64,000 bases of DNA, taken from the NCBI GenBank assembly GCA_013239625.1, contig MU053559.1, forward strand, positions 1,490,001-1,554,000, written 5' to 3'. Both the position numbers and the translations under genes were made by a program. Positions 12,201 to 23,846 of the stretch are shown here, one piece after another. Below the pieces are notes generated by a model. The model ran no database searches. It was not told the DNA's origin and worked only from the letters and a program-made list of their open reading frames with translations. The DNA comes from Lama guanicoe. Its lineage: Eukaryota. Numbering within the stretch: the stretch's first letter is position 1; each line of letters begins with the position of its first letter.

Positions 12201-14049
12201 AAGAGAAATTAATGAAACAATTAATGAAGAGATGTCTGTTTCAGTTGGAAAACAGAAAGAGTTTGCCATCAGGAGTCATGAGATGACTTTAAAGCCCAAA
12301 CTATTCTTCCTTCCTTCCTTCCGTCCTTCCTTCCTTTGATTTGTAAAATAGAACTGTTAATGCTTGGACTTCAGTGGAGAGATTCTTTCAGAAGGCCTAG
12401 GGGACTGTGTATCTCTCTTTGTTAAGCCACTCGTTGATGAAACTGGATGCAGGATCTTTAGACTGCCTGTGTTATTGTGCAGACACTATGGTGGTGTAAC
12501 TTGGCCAGAAATGGGCTCAGGGGACCAAAAGTGAAAAGGCCAAAGAAATATAGAGAAGTGAATTCTCTCTCTTAGCAAGACCGCCCTTCTGTTTTCTCGC
12601 CCATCTCTCTCTTACCCATCACACCAATTTCACATGTGATAAAAATCAATAATAGGCCCCATTTTCCTTAGACAATTAAAATAGCTACTCTCCACACAAG
12701 TTCATCTGTCTGTGCACTATAATATATATGTAAATCCATAGACAAATAGTCTGGGAGAATACAGACCAAATTGATCATGGTAGTTACCAGTGGGGAGTAG
12801 CGACCAAGTATGATTTTTAGATTTACCTCCATTTTTTTCAGGGAAAATAAAATGGTATTGTTTGTGTAATTAGCAATTAGTAATGAAACAAAACCACCTG
12901 TGCATCTGCCAAGCCACACGAGAGGGATTGATAAGGAAAATAATTTAAGATATGCTCCCTTTTCCTCAGTCAAAAATTATTTCAAACTCGTGAAATCTGG
13001 TGACACCTAACCTTTGTTGAGAACCTTACCACTAGGACTCACTGGAACATTTTCAGATAAAATTTAGAAAACTGCTAATTTTTCAAACAAAAAAAGCAAT
13101 TGTAAACACATGGGGATTTTATCTGCACTCATGGTTGAAATGATAACATGTAAAATGGTCTTCATATGCACGTAAGTAAATACAAAGCAAAATTCAGTGA
13201 GAGAGTAGAGTCAATGGTGATATATTCAGGAGCATTGATAAACTCAGTGATTATTTGCTTGATTATTTACTATGTGTTGATACTCAAAATAATGCTATCA
13301 AGTACAGACAGTCTGTAAAAAATACTGGAGAGAATTTTGAATTCACAAGATTTCACTTGTGAAGGCTATATTCATGGAAGAGGACACAACATCAATATGT
13401 GTGGAGAATCGACTGTGTTCTAAGTGTTTAACTCATATTTTTCATCATGTTCTCCCAAATCCTCAAGATGGTAATCATTATCCCCATCTCACAGGTAAAC
13501 AAACTGAGGCTCAGAGAGAAAATAACTTCCCCCACATCATTAGTAGACAGTAGGTATGCTTCCAACAGAATGCTTTCTACCCTTGTGTAGGTATCACTGT
13601 TTAAAGCATTCACCATTTTTACACCAAGGGAGAGTAGAAATAGTTGACTAATCTAGCCCAGTTTTCATTGAACATTTATGGTATGAGGAAATGATTTACA
13701 CATGAAGAAGTACACACCTATTCCTTGAAATACTTCCTTCCTTTTTAGGTGTTAACTTCAACTGAGTTGGAGAACTGATTTTCTTACCAATAAACTGAAA
13801 ACAGTTTAGTGGAGTCAGGCAATAGCATACACCCAATGGATGAGCTATAATCAATGAAGCTTCCTTTTACCAGGTGGTTAATGACCTTTCCAGACCAAAT
13901 ATGGATTAATGCTGATGCCACAGATTGATAATATTGGCTCTCTCTCTTCCTGGAAGCCCGTCTGAGCTTGTGATTTATTTTCACAAAGAACAAAATGTTC
14001 ACTGATGGAAATTAAAAACAAAATGAAACACCAACCAACACCATTAGTA

Positions 14050-14405
14050 TTACAGAGCTATGCCATAGTTCCCAGATCTAGATGGGGACTAACCTAGATG
14101 GGGAAGTTGTTTTGTAGATATGATTTACGTCTATAATCAATTGGCTTTAAGTAGGGAGGGGTTTCCTAGATAATCTGGGTGGGCCTGATTCAATCAGTTG
14201 CAGGCCTTCAGAGCAGAACTGGGGCTTCACTGAAGAAATCCCACTCCTGGACAGCAGCATCAGCTTGTGCCTAAGAGCTCCATCCTGACTATCCTGACAC
14301 CCAACTCTCTATAGAGTCCAGATTTTCAACTTCCCTAGCCAGCCCCTACAATCACCTAAGCCAATTCACTGGGACTGTTTCTCTGGCAGAATCTTGAGTG
14401 ATTCA
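14050..14405. mobile_element. MLT2-like ERVL LTR
   Basis: ctagataatctgggtgggcctgattcaatcagttg and ctgtttctctggcagaatc motifs, similar to 1665-1981. Confidence 0.6.
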
Positions 14406-14605
14406 ATCACCATCTTTACTTTTATATATAAATCCAGAATCTCTATGTACTTAAGACAAAAATGAACTTTCCCTGAACTCTGTCCTCTCTCCTTAGATTG
14501 GATTTTTTGAAATCAGAAACTTCAAAAGGAAATGAACTGTCTAATTCTGGAGAATTCTCATCTTGAGAGACAAAGCATTATTTTCTGTATTAGAAGTAAA
14601 CTGCA

Positions 14606-14767
14606 GAGGGAGGGTGTAGCTCAGTGGTAAAGTGTGTGCTTAGCACGCATGGGGGCCTGGGTTCAATCCCCAGTACCTTCATTAAAAATAAATAAATAAA
14701 CCTAAGTACCTCCCCCTAAAAAACCCTAAAAATAAAATAAATAATTTTTTTAAAAAACTTGAAAAAA
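14606..14767 (+). mobile_element. Vic-1-type SINE
   Basis: tRNA head, tail, TSD agaagtaaaMtgca. Confidence 0.9.
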
Positions 14768-16457
14768 AGAAGTAAAATGCACCAGACGTGTGGCTTAGGA
14801 AAGAATGATTCCTGTTGGAAACCATCTTCTGAGTTCTCAGAAGTCTCTATATCTGGCTTTCTGAAGATATAAGGACCAGCATCGTATGAGATTGAAGCCC
14901 ATAAAAACTGCTCCAGGCCTTCTACGCTCTATTCAAGTCCATCTGTAAATCCTGTATGTCTGATGAGATACAAGAACTAGTTGGTTTTTGTTTGTATAGT
15001 TTTCATCACAACAGCAATAATTTTGTTCCTGAAGTTCTTCAGAAATCTCTTGGGAATTTTTGACTTTTCTGGGAGATCTTCCCCAAATGATCTCCCATTC
15101 TTTATCCCTCTGAAGAAGCTTTTGGGTTATTTTTGGAAATGTCCTTAAACTTTTCCACTCCCATCTGTTTATAATGTATTCAAAACTACAGATTGTAAGT
15201 TTCATGGGGCAAACACTGAGAGTTGCTTACCCCACATCCGTTCTTTTCATCTTACCGTTAGAACCTCAATTTTTCATGGAGATGAGGTGCCAGTAAGAGT
15301 ACTCACCTCCCCGAAATCTCTAGAAGGTTAGAAAGGCCATGGGATCCAGCTCTGGCAAATGAGATGGAAGAAGTCTACTGAGTGTGACTTCTGGGAAAGT
15401 TACTATTTTCCTGCTGGAAAGTTACAGACTTAGCTGACCTTTTGCTATTCACCTTCTCAATTCTTTCTACCCTTAATGTGGTCACCATACTTAGAGGTAT
15501 GAATGGCGTGCTACTGGCATAAAGAAAAAGTGACATGCTTAGGATGGCGGAGCAGGAAGAGCCTAGGACCTTAAAGACATTGTGGAGTTGTTGGGCTGCC
15601 CAGCTACCTAACTCAAGACTTTGTTACCAAAGATCCATCACCTCATTTCTTAAGTTCCATACTCATAGGTATTCAGTCAGAGTAGAGTGGAGTCCCTTAA
15701 ACGTGTTTATATTCATATTCATCCAACCAGTATTTATTTGCCGCAGGCAGTAAATTTGGCTACCTGAGGCCAACAGAGGGCAGCGATGAAAGTCTTGGTG
15801 TCTGTCCACAGTGAGTTTTGTGTCATTTGAGAAAAATAAGACACAAGAAACACAGTACTTCAGGGTTTTGTATGATTACAAAGTGCTAACACTGAGATTA
15901 GAACTTTTGCTTACTTTGTTCCACTGAATACTCCAAATCAGGCATAAATCTCATTTAACAGAGGAGGAAACTAAAGACCTGACATATTTTGTGGAGCTCT
16001 ACACAGGTATTACGTAGCAGAATGTAAGTGAAACAGAGGTCTGACCCTTCACAAATCCACACTTGTTCTTTGCAACTCTGACATGACTAGTCCAAATGAT
16101 CAGGGGTCAGGGGCTTAATGGAGAAGATAGAAAGTGGGTCAGTCCTGAAGGAATGGCAGAATTTGAAGATTTGGGGTAAGCTGGAGAGGAAAAGGGGAGT
16201 GTGATCGAGGGACGGCAGGCATGGAGAGGAATGTAAGCAAAGACTGGTTGTCATTGATCACGACTATTTGACAATCAAGAGATCAAACAGCTGAAGTGGA
16301 GAACTGAGTTCTTCAAACAAGTAAGTATCATCTGTTGATTTATCTCAGTATCCTGTGATAGACGCTGTGGGCTAGACCAAGGTTAATTTTGTGAAAATAC
16401 CTGGCATGTGTCGCTGCTCAGTTTTTGATGTTTTCGTTCTTTAAGAAAGTGGTTCCA

Positions 16458-16663
16458 TTTTAGATACAGTAGTTTGTAGCTGCTAATCCCAAACTCCTAA
16501 TTTATCCCTTCCCTCCCTTTCCCCTTTGGTAACCAAACATTTGTTTCCTATGTCTGTGAGTCTCTTTCCGTTTTGCATATAGATTCATTTGTATAATTTT
16601 TTTTAGATTCCACATAGAAGTGATATCATATCTTTGTCTGACTTCACTTCAATTAAAAAAAAA
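16458..16663. mobile_element. 5'-inverted (twin-primed) short L1 insertion
   Basis: Antisense L1 3'UTR joined to a sense L1 terminus plus polyA, inside a 15-bp TSD aagaaagtggtYcca. Confidence 0.75.
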
Positions 16664-16770
16664 AAGAAAGTGGTCCCAGACTTGAAAATGAAGGCGCGCA
16701 TCATTTGGATTACTCCAAAAGCTGACAATCTAGCTTGGGAGAGAATGAAATCATTCAAGAGTTCAACAAT

Positions 16771-16941
16771 AGGTGGGGAAAGGTATAGCTCAGTGGTAGA
16801 GCACGTGCTTAGCATGCACGAGGTGCTGAGTTCAATCCCCAGAACCTGCACTAAAATAAATGAATTAAATAAAAACCTAATTACCTCTCCCACCTCTCAA
16901 AAAAAGATTGATTAAAAAATAAATTAAAAATAAATTTAAAA
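16771..16941 (+). mobile_element. Vic-1-type SINE
   Basis: tRNA head and A-rich tail, imperfect TSD aagagtYcMacaa. Confidence 0.9.
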
Positions 16942-17665
16942 AAGAGTCCCACAAAAGAAAGTGTCACAAGATGACATCATATCAGACTAATGATAACAAA
17001 ACCAGCCCCAGAGGTTATGCTCTTAACTACTATGCTTTTTGCCTTGCAGTGTATGGGATGCGTGGGAGGAAGCAAGCAGAGATCTTAAATAGGGGGTCCT
17101 CGTAAGGAGGCTGATGTAGCAACCATGGGGTCAATGGCACACGTTAGGTGGAGGATGGGCGTGAAAAAGGAGAGGATGGAGAAGAGAAACATTTCAACAA
17201 CAGGGCTAGTTAAGAGATGCCTAATGGGGGGTGGGATTGGGGGGGGAGAATTCTAAGACGATCCCCAAATGTCAATGGTATAACTAAGATAAGTGCATAT
17301 CATCAATGGATCCGAGAAGGCCAAGACAGGGAGGCCATCTGGGAAGGAGAAATATGATGAGTTCAGCTTAGTATGTGGTGAGACCAGAACTATTAAAATT
17401 TAACTACTCAAGTGAACATATTGGGTAGAGTTGAAGATTGAGCAACAGCAGTCAGATGAACGGCTCTGCTTAGTGATGCTGGTGGAGGCTGGGAGAAAAG
17501 TTCACGGAGCTAAAGGAAGGGACACAGAGATCAAAGCAGAGGGCTCACGACTGAACTTTGGACCATGATGATAGCTGAGGTGGAAGAGAGGAAAGGAAGG
17601 GCAGAAAAAAAATGAAAAGAGGAGATAACCAAAGAGACTAAATATTAAAGAAGTAGGAAAAATTG

Positions 17666-17751
17666 TGGGGAGGGTATAGCTCAGTGGTAGAGTGCATGCT
17701 TAGCATGCACGAGATCCTGGGTTCAATTCCCAGTACCTCTGTTAAAAAAAT
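17666..17751 (+). mobile_element. Vic-1-type SINE, short tail
   Basis: ggggagggtatagctcagtggtagagtgcatgcttagcatgcacgag... Confidence 0.9.
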
Positions 17752-17959
17752 AAAGAAGGAACAATTGAGTCTAGTGCAGTGCCTAGCCCAAGAAGCAGTA
17801 CTCAGTGAATTCGTGGATAGTGGATAACTGTGTCTCAGATCTTGACAAGGAGATTTAGAAGCATTCTTCTGAAATATAAGTGGCATTGACACTCTCAATA
17901 TAAAGGGGGAGTGATGCATAGCAACAGAAGATGTGCCACTGACTTGATAGTTCCTCTTT

Positions 17960-18079
17960 GGAGGCGGGGGTGGAGGTAATCAAGTTTATATTTGTTTATT
18001 TAATGGAGGTACTGGGGATTGAACCCAGGACCTCGTGCATGCTAAGCATGTGCTCTACCACTGAGCTATACCCTCCCCA
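17960..18079 (-). mobile_element. Vic-1-type SINE
   Basis: Reverse complement of the same consensus. Confidence 0.9.
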
Positions 18080-18351
18080 CACATGTTCTATTGATGATGA
18101 TGGCCCAGCTCGTCCCTTCTTCTTGAGAAGATGTCAAGAAATAAAGAGGGAGGATAACATCTGAGAGGGACTAAGTGATTAACTTTCCCCACAAGCCCAA
18201 AGCAAGTAGTAGACTACTGTTTTATTTGAACTCAGCCTGAGCATCAACAAATCACCACTTTGGCTTTTACGCAACGTGTTTCCTCATTGAATAAAACAAA
18301 CTTGAATATGAAAACACATCAGAAGACAATTTAAGACAGAAACTGCTGTGC

Positions 18352-18453
18352 TTTCCTTTTTTTTTTTTCAAATGGAGGTACTGGGGCTAGAACCCAGGAT
18401 TTGTGCATGCTAAGCTTGCTCTCTACCACTGAGTTATACCCTCCCCCTCCCCC
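18352..18453 (-). mobile_element. Vic-1-type SINE, short tail
   Basis: Reverse-complement tRNA head next to a poly(T) run on the plus strand. Confidence 0.85.
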
Positions 18454-18787
18454 GCTGCGCTCTTATCTCTGTTTCCAAATGCATACCACTGATGTTCTTA
18501 AAGCTCCCCAGGAGCCTCAGTGAGCAGAGACCAGGGTTACTATTTCAACACAAAGCAGGGGAGAAAAAAAAGTAAATATTGTAGAATGTTTTTATTCCAA
18601 AGTCAATCAAGGAGAGTGCATGAAGAGAAGAATTACAGAAAAGACTAAAATCTGATAGAGTAGAATGAAGCACTGGATAACGTCATTCAGACAAAAATAT
18701 TTATTACAGATAGATCACATTACTAAGCTACTCTCTTGGAATACAGAGATCTAAGCCTTCGTTTGAGGAACTAACAGTCTAGGAGAA

Positions 18788-19412
18788 AGCTTCTCCAACT
18801 TTAAGGTGCGTATGAATCTCCTGAACATTTTGTTAAAAGGTAGAAGCCTGCAGACAAAAAATGTTGTCTGCCATTTCAGTCGACAAAGAATGCTGCCCAC
18901 CATCAAGCCATCAGTCACTGCAGCCGCTCCCCCAACCCCCACGGTGCACCCTGAGGGGAACTAAAGATGGAGAAAAACAGGATACTGGCCCTAGAGAGTT
19001 AAGATGCATATCTCAGGGATAATTTCAATGAGCCCAGACTCTTGCGTCTTCCCATATATAGAAAAGCACTAAAATCATTAACTTGAGATGTCTGAGTTTT
19101 TTCGTGATTAGCAGTAACCTTTTGATGTTTGCCTATATATATATTTTTTTGTTTTCAGCAAAAACTCTTATATATCCTGACTCCACCCTTACCTCTTTGG
19201 AGCAGTTCCGTAGAGCTATCTGAGAGGCTGTCTCCCGTGCGATAGTCCTCAATAAGGTCCCCAAAGAAAACATAACTTGTTACTTTCAGGCTGTAAGTTT
19301 TTCTTCAGTTGACAGGCTTATTCAACAGATCTGGAGTGGGGCCTGAGAGTCTAACGAGTTCTAGATGGTGCTGATACTCATGGTCCAAAAGCCACACTTT
19401 GAGTAGCAAGGG
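18788..19412. mobile_element. MER5A-like hAT MITE split by an LTR
   Basis: cttctccaacttt...gaatctcctg on the left; gatctggagtggggcctgaga...ccacactttgagtagcaag on the right. Confidence 0.6.
18849..19314 (+). mobile_element. ERV1-class solo LTR
   Basis: TG...CA termini, TATA-like and polyA-like motifs, ends ttttcttcagttgaca, interrupts the MER5A-like element. Confidence 0.6.
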
Positions 19413-19436
19413 AGGCACGGATAAAGAGATGGAGTA

Positions 19437-19574
19437 GGGGGGAGGGTATATATAGCTCAGTGGTAGAGCGCATGCTTAGTATGCACAAGGTCCTGGGTTC
19501 AATCCCCAGTATCTCCATTTAAATAAATAAATAAACAACATCTAGTTACCCCCCAATTAAAAAAATTTTTTTAA
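19437..19574 (+). mobile_element. Vic-1-type SINE
   Basis: tRNA head, tail, TSD atggagta. Confidence 0.9.
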
Positions 19575-20654
19575 ATGGAGTAAAGAGTCACAGGAAATCT
19601 AGACAGAGTTACTGTGTGAGCACCAAAGAGGGACTGTGCCTTTCTGAGAGTTCGAAAAGTCTTCATATAGAAGGAGCCTCATGAGCTGAGCCTTGTTCTC
19701 TGGGTGATCACAGGGGTAAAGTTGGAAGGCTCACACTGTATTGTGGTGATTATGGTTTGAGTTGGACAGGCCATCTAAATTTTCTGACCCTCAATTTTCT
19801 CATCTGTAAAATGAGGAATTGAAAATATTCAGATGCTTCACAGCCCTAAAACTAGATGACTCTAATGAGATAAATTTTAAAATCACTTAATATATGCTCT
19901 GTTTAGAAGTTAGGGTGAAATAGTATGAAAGGTTCTATGAAGGAGCCTAACAAATGGACCTCCATTTGACAAATGAAAGTACATTAATCAATAAGAAAAC
20001 AGCACTTAAGTCTTAACAGCCTCTTATAGGTGTTTGCTCCTATTCAGTTGCCTCTTTGTAGGTGGGTGTATGTCTTTGCAACTGAACTACTTTAAAAGAA
20101 CACCATACTCACTTTGCTTGGCATGATAATACTTAACATCCATAAAGCCCTTTTCATTTTCAAGGCACTTTACAAACATCCATTAATTACTGGCCAGTTA
20201 CTTTTCATTAGTCCAATTATGAGTGGACAGATTAAACTGAACTGGGGAAGGCAGGCCCCAGAGGGAGGATCAGCGCTGAGAGGAGGATGCTGGGCTCTCA
20301 GCTACCTGTGCGCCTGCTCCCTCGACATCTATTTGTAGGTGAGAACTTGCCCGGACCAGGAAAGCACCAAAGCACTTTAGAAAAGGAAAAAAACTTGCTG
20401 TTTCTGGACATCTTGCTGGAATTTGCCACTAAAAGCCAAAATGGCAAAAATGTCAAAGGAGAGAGATGAAGCAGAATACAGGTTTATTGCCTCCCCAGTT
20501 GAGTAGGACTGATTGCCATGCTCCTCAAACACGCTACCCAAAAAAGCAAACCAAGTCAATAGTGAATGACTCCATTTTTGCAAAAAAGTTTTCATTATTA
20601 AAATTCAAATGCAATTTGGCTTTTTTTAGTGTTACATGTTTAAAGGATGAAATA

Positions 20655-20660
20655 GTGCTC

Positions 20661-20712
<52 letters not shown>

Positions 20713-20760
20713 GCCCCTGCACAAGGATGACACGCAAATTCGTGAAGCGTTCCATATTTT
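20655..20760 (+). pseudogene. RNU6: U6 snRNA retrocopy (processed pseudogene)
   Basis: 104/106 match to the mammalian U6 sequence as recalled (G58C, G67A), followed by an A-rich tail and flanked by TSD taaaggatgaaata (20641-20654 and 20779-20792). Confidence 0.93.
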
Positions 20761-21529
20761 AAAAAAAATAAAATAAAATAAAGGATGAAATATTTTCTAA
20801 GATGGAATTTGAAGGAATAATCATACCCTAATTACGATATCTTCTCCTTCTATGAAAAGCAGTTAAGTATGTCCCTTTTAAATGAGAAAAACAAATTTTA
20901 ACACTCAGCACAGCAAGAATTATCCAATAAGTAGGAAGTAATTTTTGCTACTGTCTTTCTTGTGCAGTTCTGTTTTTTCCCCAAATGCTTTAAATGTACA
21001 TGTAGAAGCTTTATACATAGAAATAATGATAATATATGTTATTTTAAAAACCAACCAATCTGCAGTTTCTCTGATTTATGGGCTAGGAGAGGGAGAGGTT
21101 GGGTACAAAGGCTGGTAAATTTGGTAGTAATTTAAAAATAAGGTCCATTTGTATACACCTGAAAGAAAGTATATTCCAAACAATTCACTATTTTCTTAAA
21201 TATGGGAGAAAACATGCCTAATCTTAGTAAGAATTCAATCATAATAAAATGTATCTTTTAACAAAGAGAGTATTGTAATGGAAACTCCTTAGATTAGAAT
21301 AGATTTTCTACTTCCTTTGCATTTCTCCAGCGTTTGTACACACATACATAAACACACAAGGCATACAGTTCATTTCTCATTAACATGAGCCAGAGATCAG
21401 ACTACTGTATTTTACTTTCATCATTAAAAAATTTGTGTCACGATCAAATTTTGGTACATGTATGAGTAAATATATGTTATAGAAGTGCGCTTCAAAAATC
21501 AGCGTTGAGCTATTTTCATTTTAACAATA

Positions 21530-21535
21530 TTTATT
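21530..21535 (-). terminator. Candidate distal polyadenylation signal AATAAA
   Basis: tttatt on the plus strand, ~2.2 kb after the stop codon. Confidence 0.5.
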
Positions 21536-23120
21536 ACAAATCACGTTTTATAAACACTAGATAAATTACATACAAAAGCTAGACATAAATATATAGAAGC
21601 AAAAACAGCAGTACTATTAACACAAGAGAAATAAGCTAATATAATGTCTAAACATGTGTAACTTAATCAAATTGCTAAATTTTCATTACTAATACTTTTT
21701 CATGAACTCAAAGGCTATTCAGAAATGAAATGCAGAATACAATCAAGGTTTAGAATGACAGAAACACGGTAGCGCTACTTATTCAAAAAAAAAATCTTTA
21801 CAAACAGTCAGAAGCCAAAGAACTGTCCTAAAAGACAAATTAAACTTGGGTAAAAGCTCTTAACCTAACTGAAGAGTATAAAATTTTAGGCTTTGGTTAA
21901 TAGATACTAAACTTAGTGGACATTTTAAAATTAGCATCTCCCTTATATGTAATATTCCTGAGTTTTTGCTAAAATACCATAGATAAAATAAAGAACTCAA
22001 TTTACAATATTGCATAATTTTGTACTATATTTCTGAAAAACAAAAAGTATTGAGATTTTTTAAACTGTGAACAATGGGATTTAATGTAATTATGATCAGA
22101 AAGAATGTTTAATTTAGCTTAACTATGAGAAAAATTAACGCCCTCTCACCACTACTTGATAAAGCTCATTTGTAAATTATGATCAAAATTATATTAAATC
22201 TGTCACCTATTTTTACTTGCATCTTATGAAATCATTTTTGATTTAAAGGAGAGGTTGATTATGTAGTCTAGAATGCTCTTGTAAAAGGCTGAAATGATAC
22301 AATGCTAGTACAAGGTGAGGCACAGGTTAGGTGGGCAATATTACTTACTAATTTAAAGTGAAAAGTCTTTGAATGTATTATTTCTGAACATCAACACACA
22401 ATTCAATGTAGTTATAAATTGATCTGAAAATATCCAAAAACAGTTGAAACATGAAAATACATTTTTAGTAACAGTCCTAAGAGGAATTTTCACAAGTGAC
22501 TATTTTCAGCCTTAGTTTTATCAAAATAGAATTAAATTTAAGGTTCCTTTAAAAAATAGACCTATGAAAGCTAACTTCCTATTAGCTGCTGTGTGTGGTG
22601 TATGGAGATAACAGATTCAGTCCCTTCTCACAAGATCAACCTATCAACATCTTCTGACCTGATTACTTTACATTACAACCAACCCCTTAAAACAGAATTT
22701 CCCCTGGACACTCTATCAGTGCACCTAAGGATTGGGTCCAAGCATGTAGAGTTTTAAGCAAGTAGCTCTCCCCTGCCTCCTGGTAAATTATTACGGTCAG
22801 GTTGATTTGGAAAATCATGCTTTAAAGCAACCAAAATAATTTGATTATACTTGAACATTGCTTGATAAGAGTGGCTTATCTGATGAAAATCAAATTTATC
22901 TAGCTTTTTAATAATCTGCATAGCTTATCATCATGCTTAAGTATTTCCTACCTAAATGTTGCAAGGTTTTGTTCTAATTTTAATAGCTCACTAAGAGCCA
23001 ATATAACAGTGATCACCTTTGTGGGTAGGCTTCTACAGTTTTAGTGTTTCATATACCTTTTCTTACCAGGAAGCAGAAGTCGTCTATAGCAGCTGTATTC
23101 AAAAACTAAACAATGTGGAA

Positions 23121-23126
23121 TTTATT
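23121..23126 (-). terminator. Candidate proximal polyadenylation signal AATAAA
   Basis: tttatt on plus; downstream transcript-strand sequence is U/GU-rich (ttgtttagtttttg). Confidence 0.4.
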
Positions 23127-23762
23127 CAAATGATTATACTACTCACAAAGTAGTCTTTAAACAGCTATACCAACATCAGTTAGTAGAGTTACTTGCAAAA
23201 CTGGTTATCAAATACCTATTCATTAAAAAAAATTCAATTTACAAAGTATTACACCAAGTCTGTATACAAAATCTCATTTGCTGTATTATGTGACTAGGAG
23301 GCTAATATTCAACTGGATATGTATACACGAAAAAAAAATGCCCATAGGTTCATTCTAGTTGATCAACTAGTAATGAATCCTTCTAAATTAAAGAAGAAAA
23401 GAAGCAATGGAATGTATTCTTAAACAAATATCATGGTGTACTGAGGAAAGGGTAAATTAGAGATCTGAAAGAACGTTTAATTAGGATTAAAATCATGAAC
23501 TGTTAGCCACTTCTATTTTCTAATAACAGTATCATATGCAGAGAAACAAAACTACAAGCTCACTGAACTGGGTTAAACAGTTTTGAAGCTGATTAAAAGT
23601 ACTTAATTGAAAATGAACTCTTTTTGAACCTCGAGTAAATGATGCTGTATTCAGCAATTGATTTTTAAAATGACTTTAACAATTTTAGCATCAGTGAAAA
23701 ACTATTGCCAACATACAAACTGAAAAGAGCTTAATACCAAGTCCTTGGTTCCATACTGAACT

Positions 23763-23846
23763 TCATATTCCCATCTGTATATCGGCAAAGTTGTAGAAGC
23801 TGTCTACATCCCCAGGCGCCGTCTCCTTGCTTTCTGATACAAACAT
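23763..23846 (-). CDS. RP2: RP2 exon 5 coding part (aa 324-350 + stop)
   Basis: TAG|ATG acceptor; MFVSESKETAPGDVDSFYNFADIQMGI*; 84 nt. Confidence 0.97.
   Translation of the reverse strand: MFVSESKETAPGDVDSFYNFADIQMGI

Larger units (their letters stand above)
21510..23762 (-). other. RP2: RP2 3'UTR (distal end approximate)
   Basis: AT-rich sequence without recognisable repeats after the stop codon; minus-strand AATAAA at 23121-23126 and 21530-21535. Confidence 0.6.

Noticed and set aside
17666..17740. tRNA-Ala(AGC) genes (this copy and about 16 similar ones)
   Set aside because: They have A-rich tails, TSDs, disrupted acceptor stems and high copy number, so they are SINEs.
20655..20760. Functional U6 snRNA gene
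   Set aside because: TSD and A-tail, no evident upstream PSE/TATA, and substitutions in the ISL.
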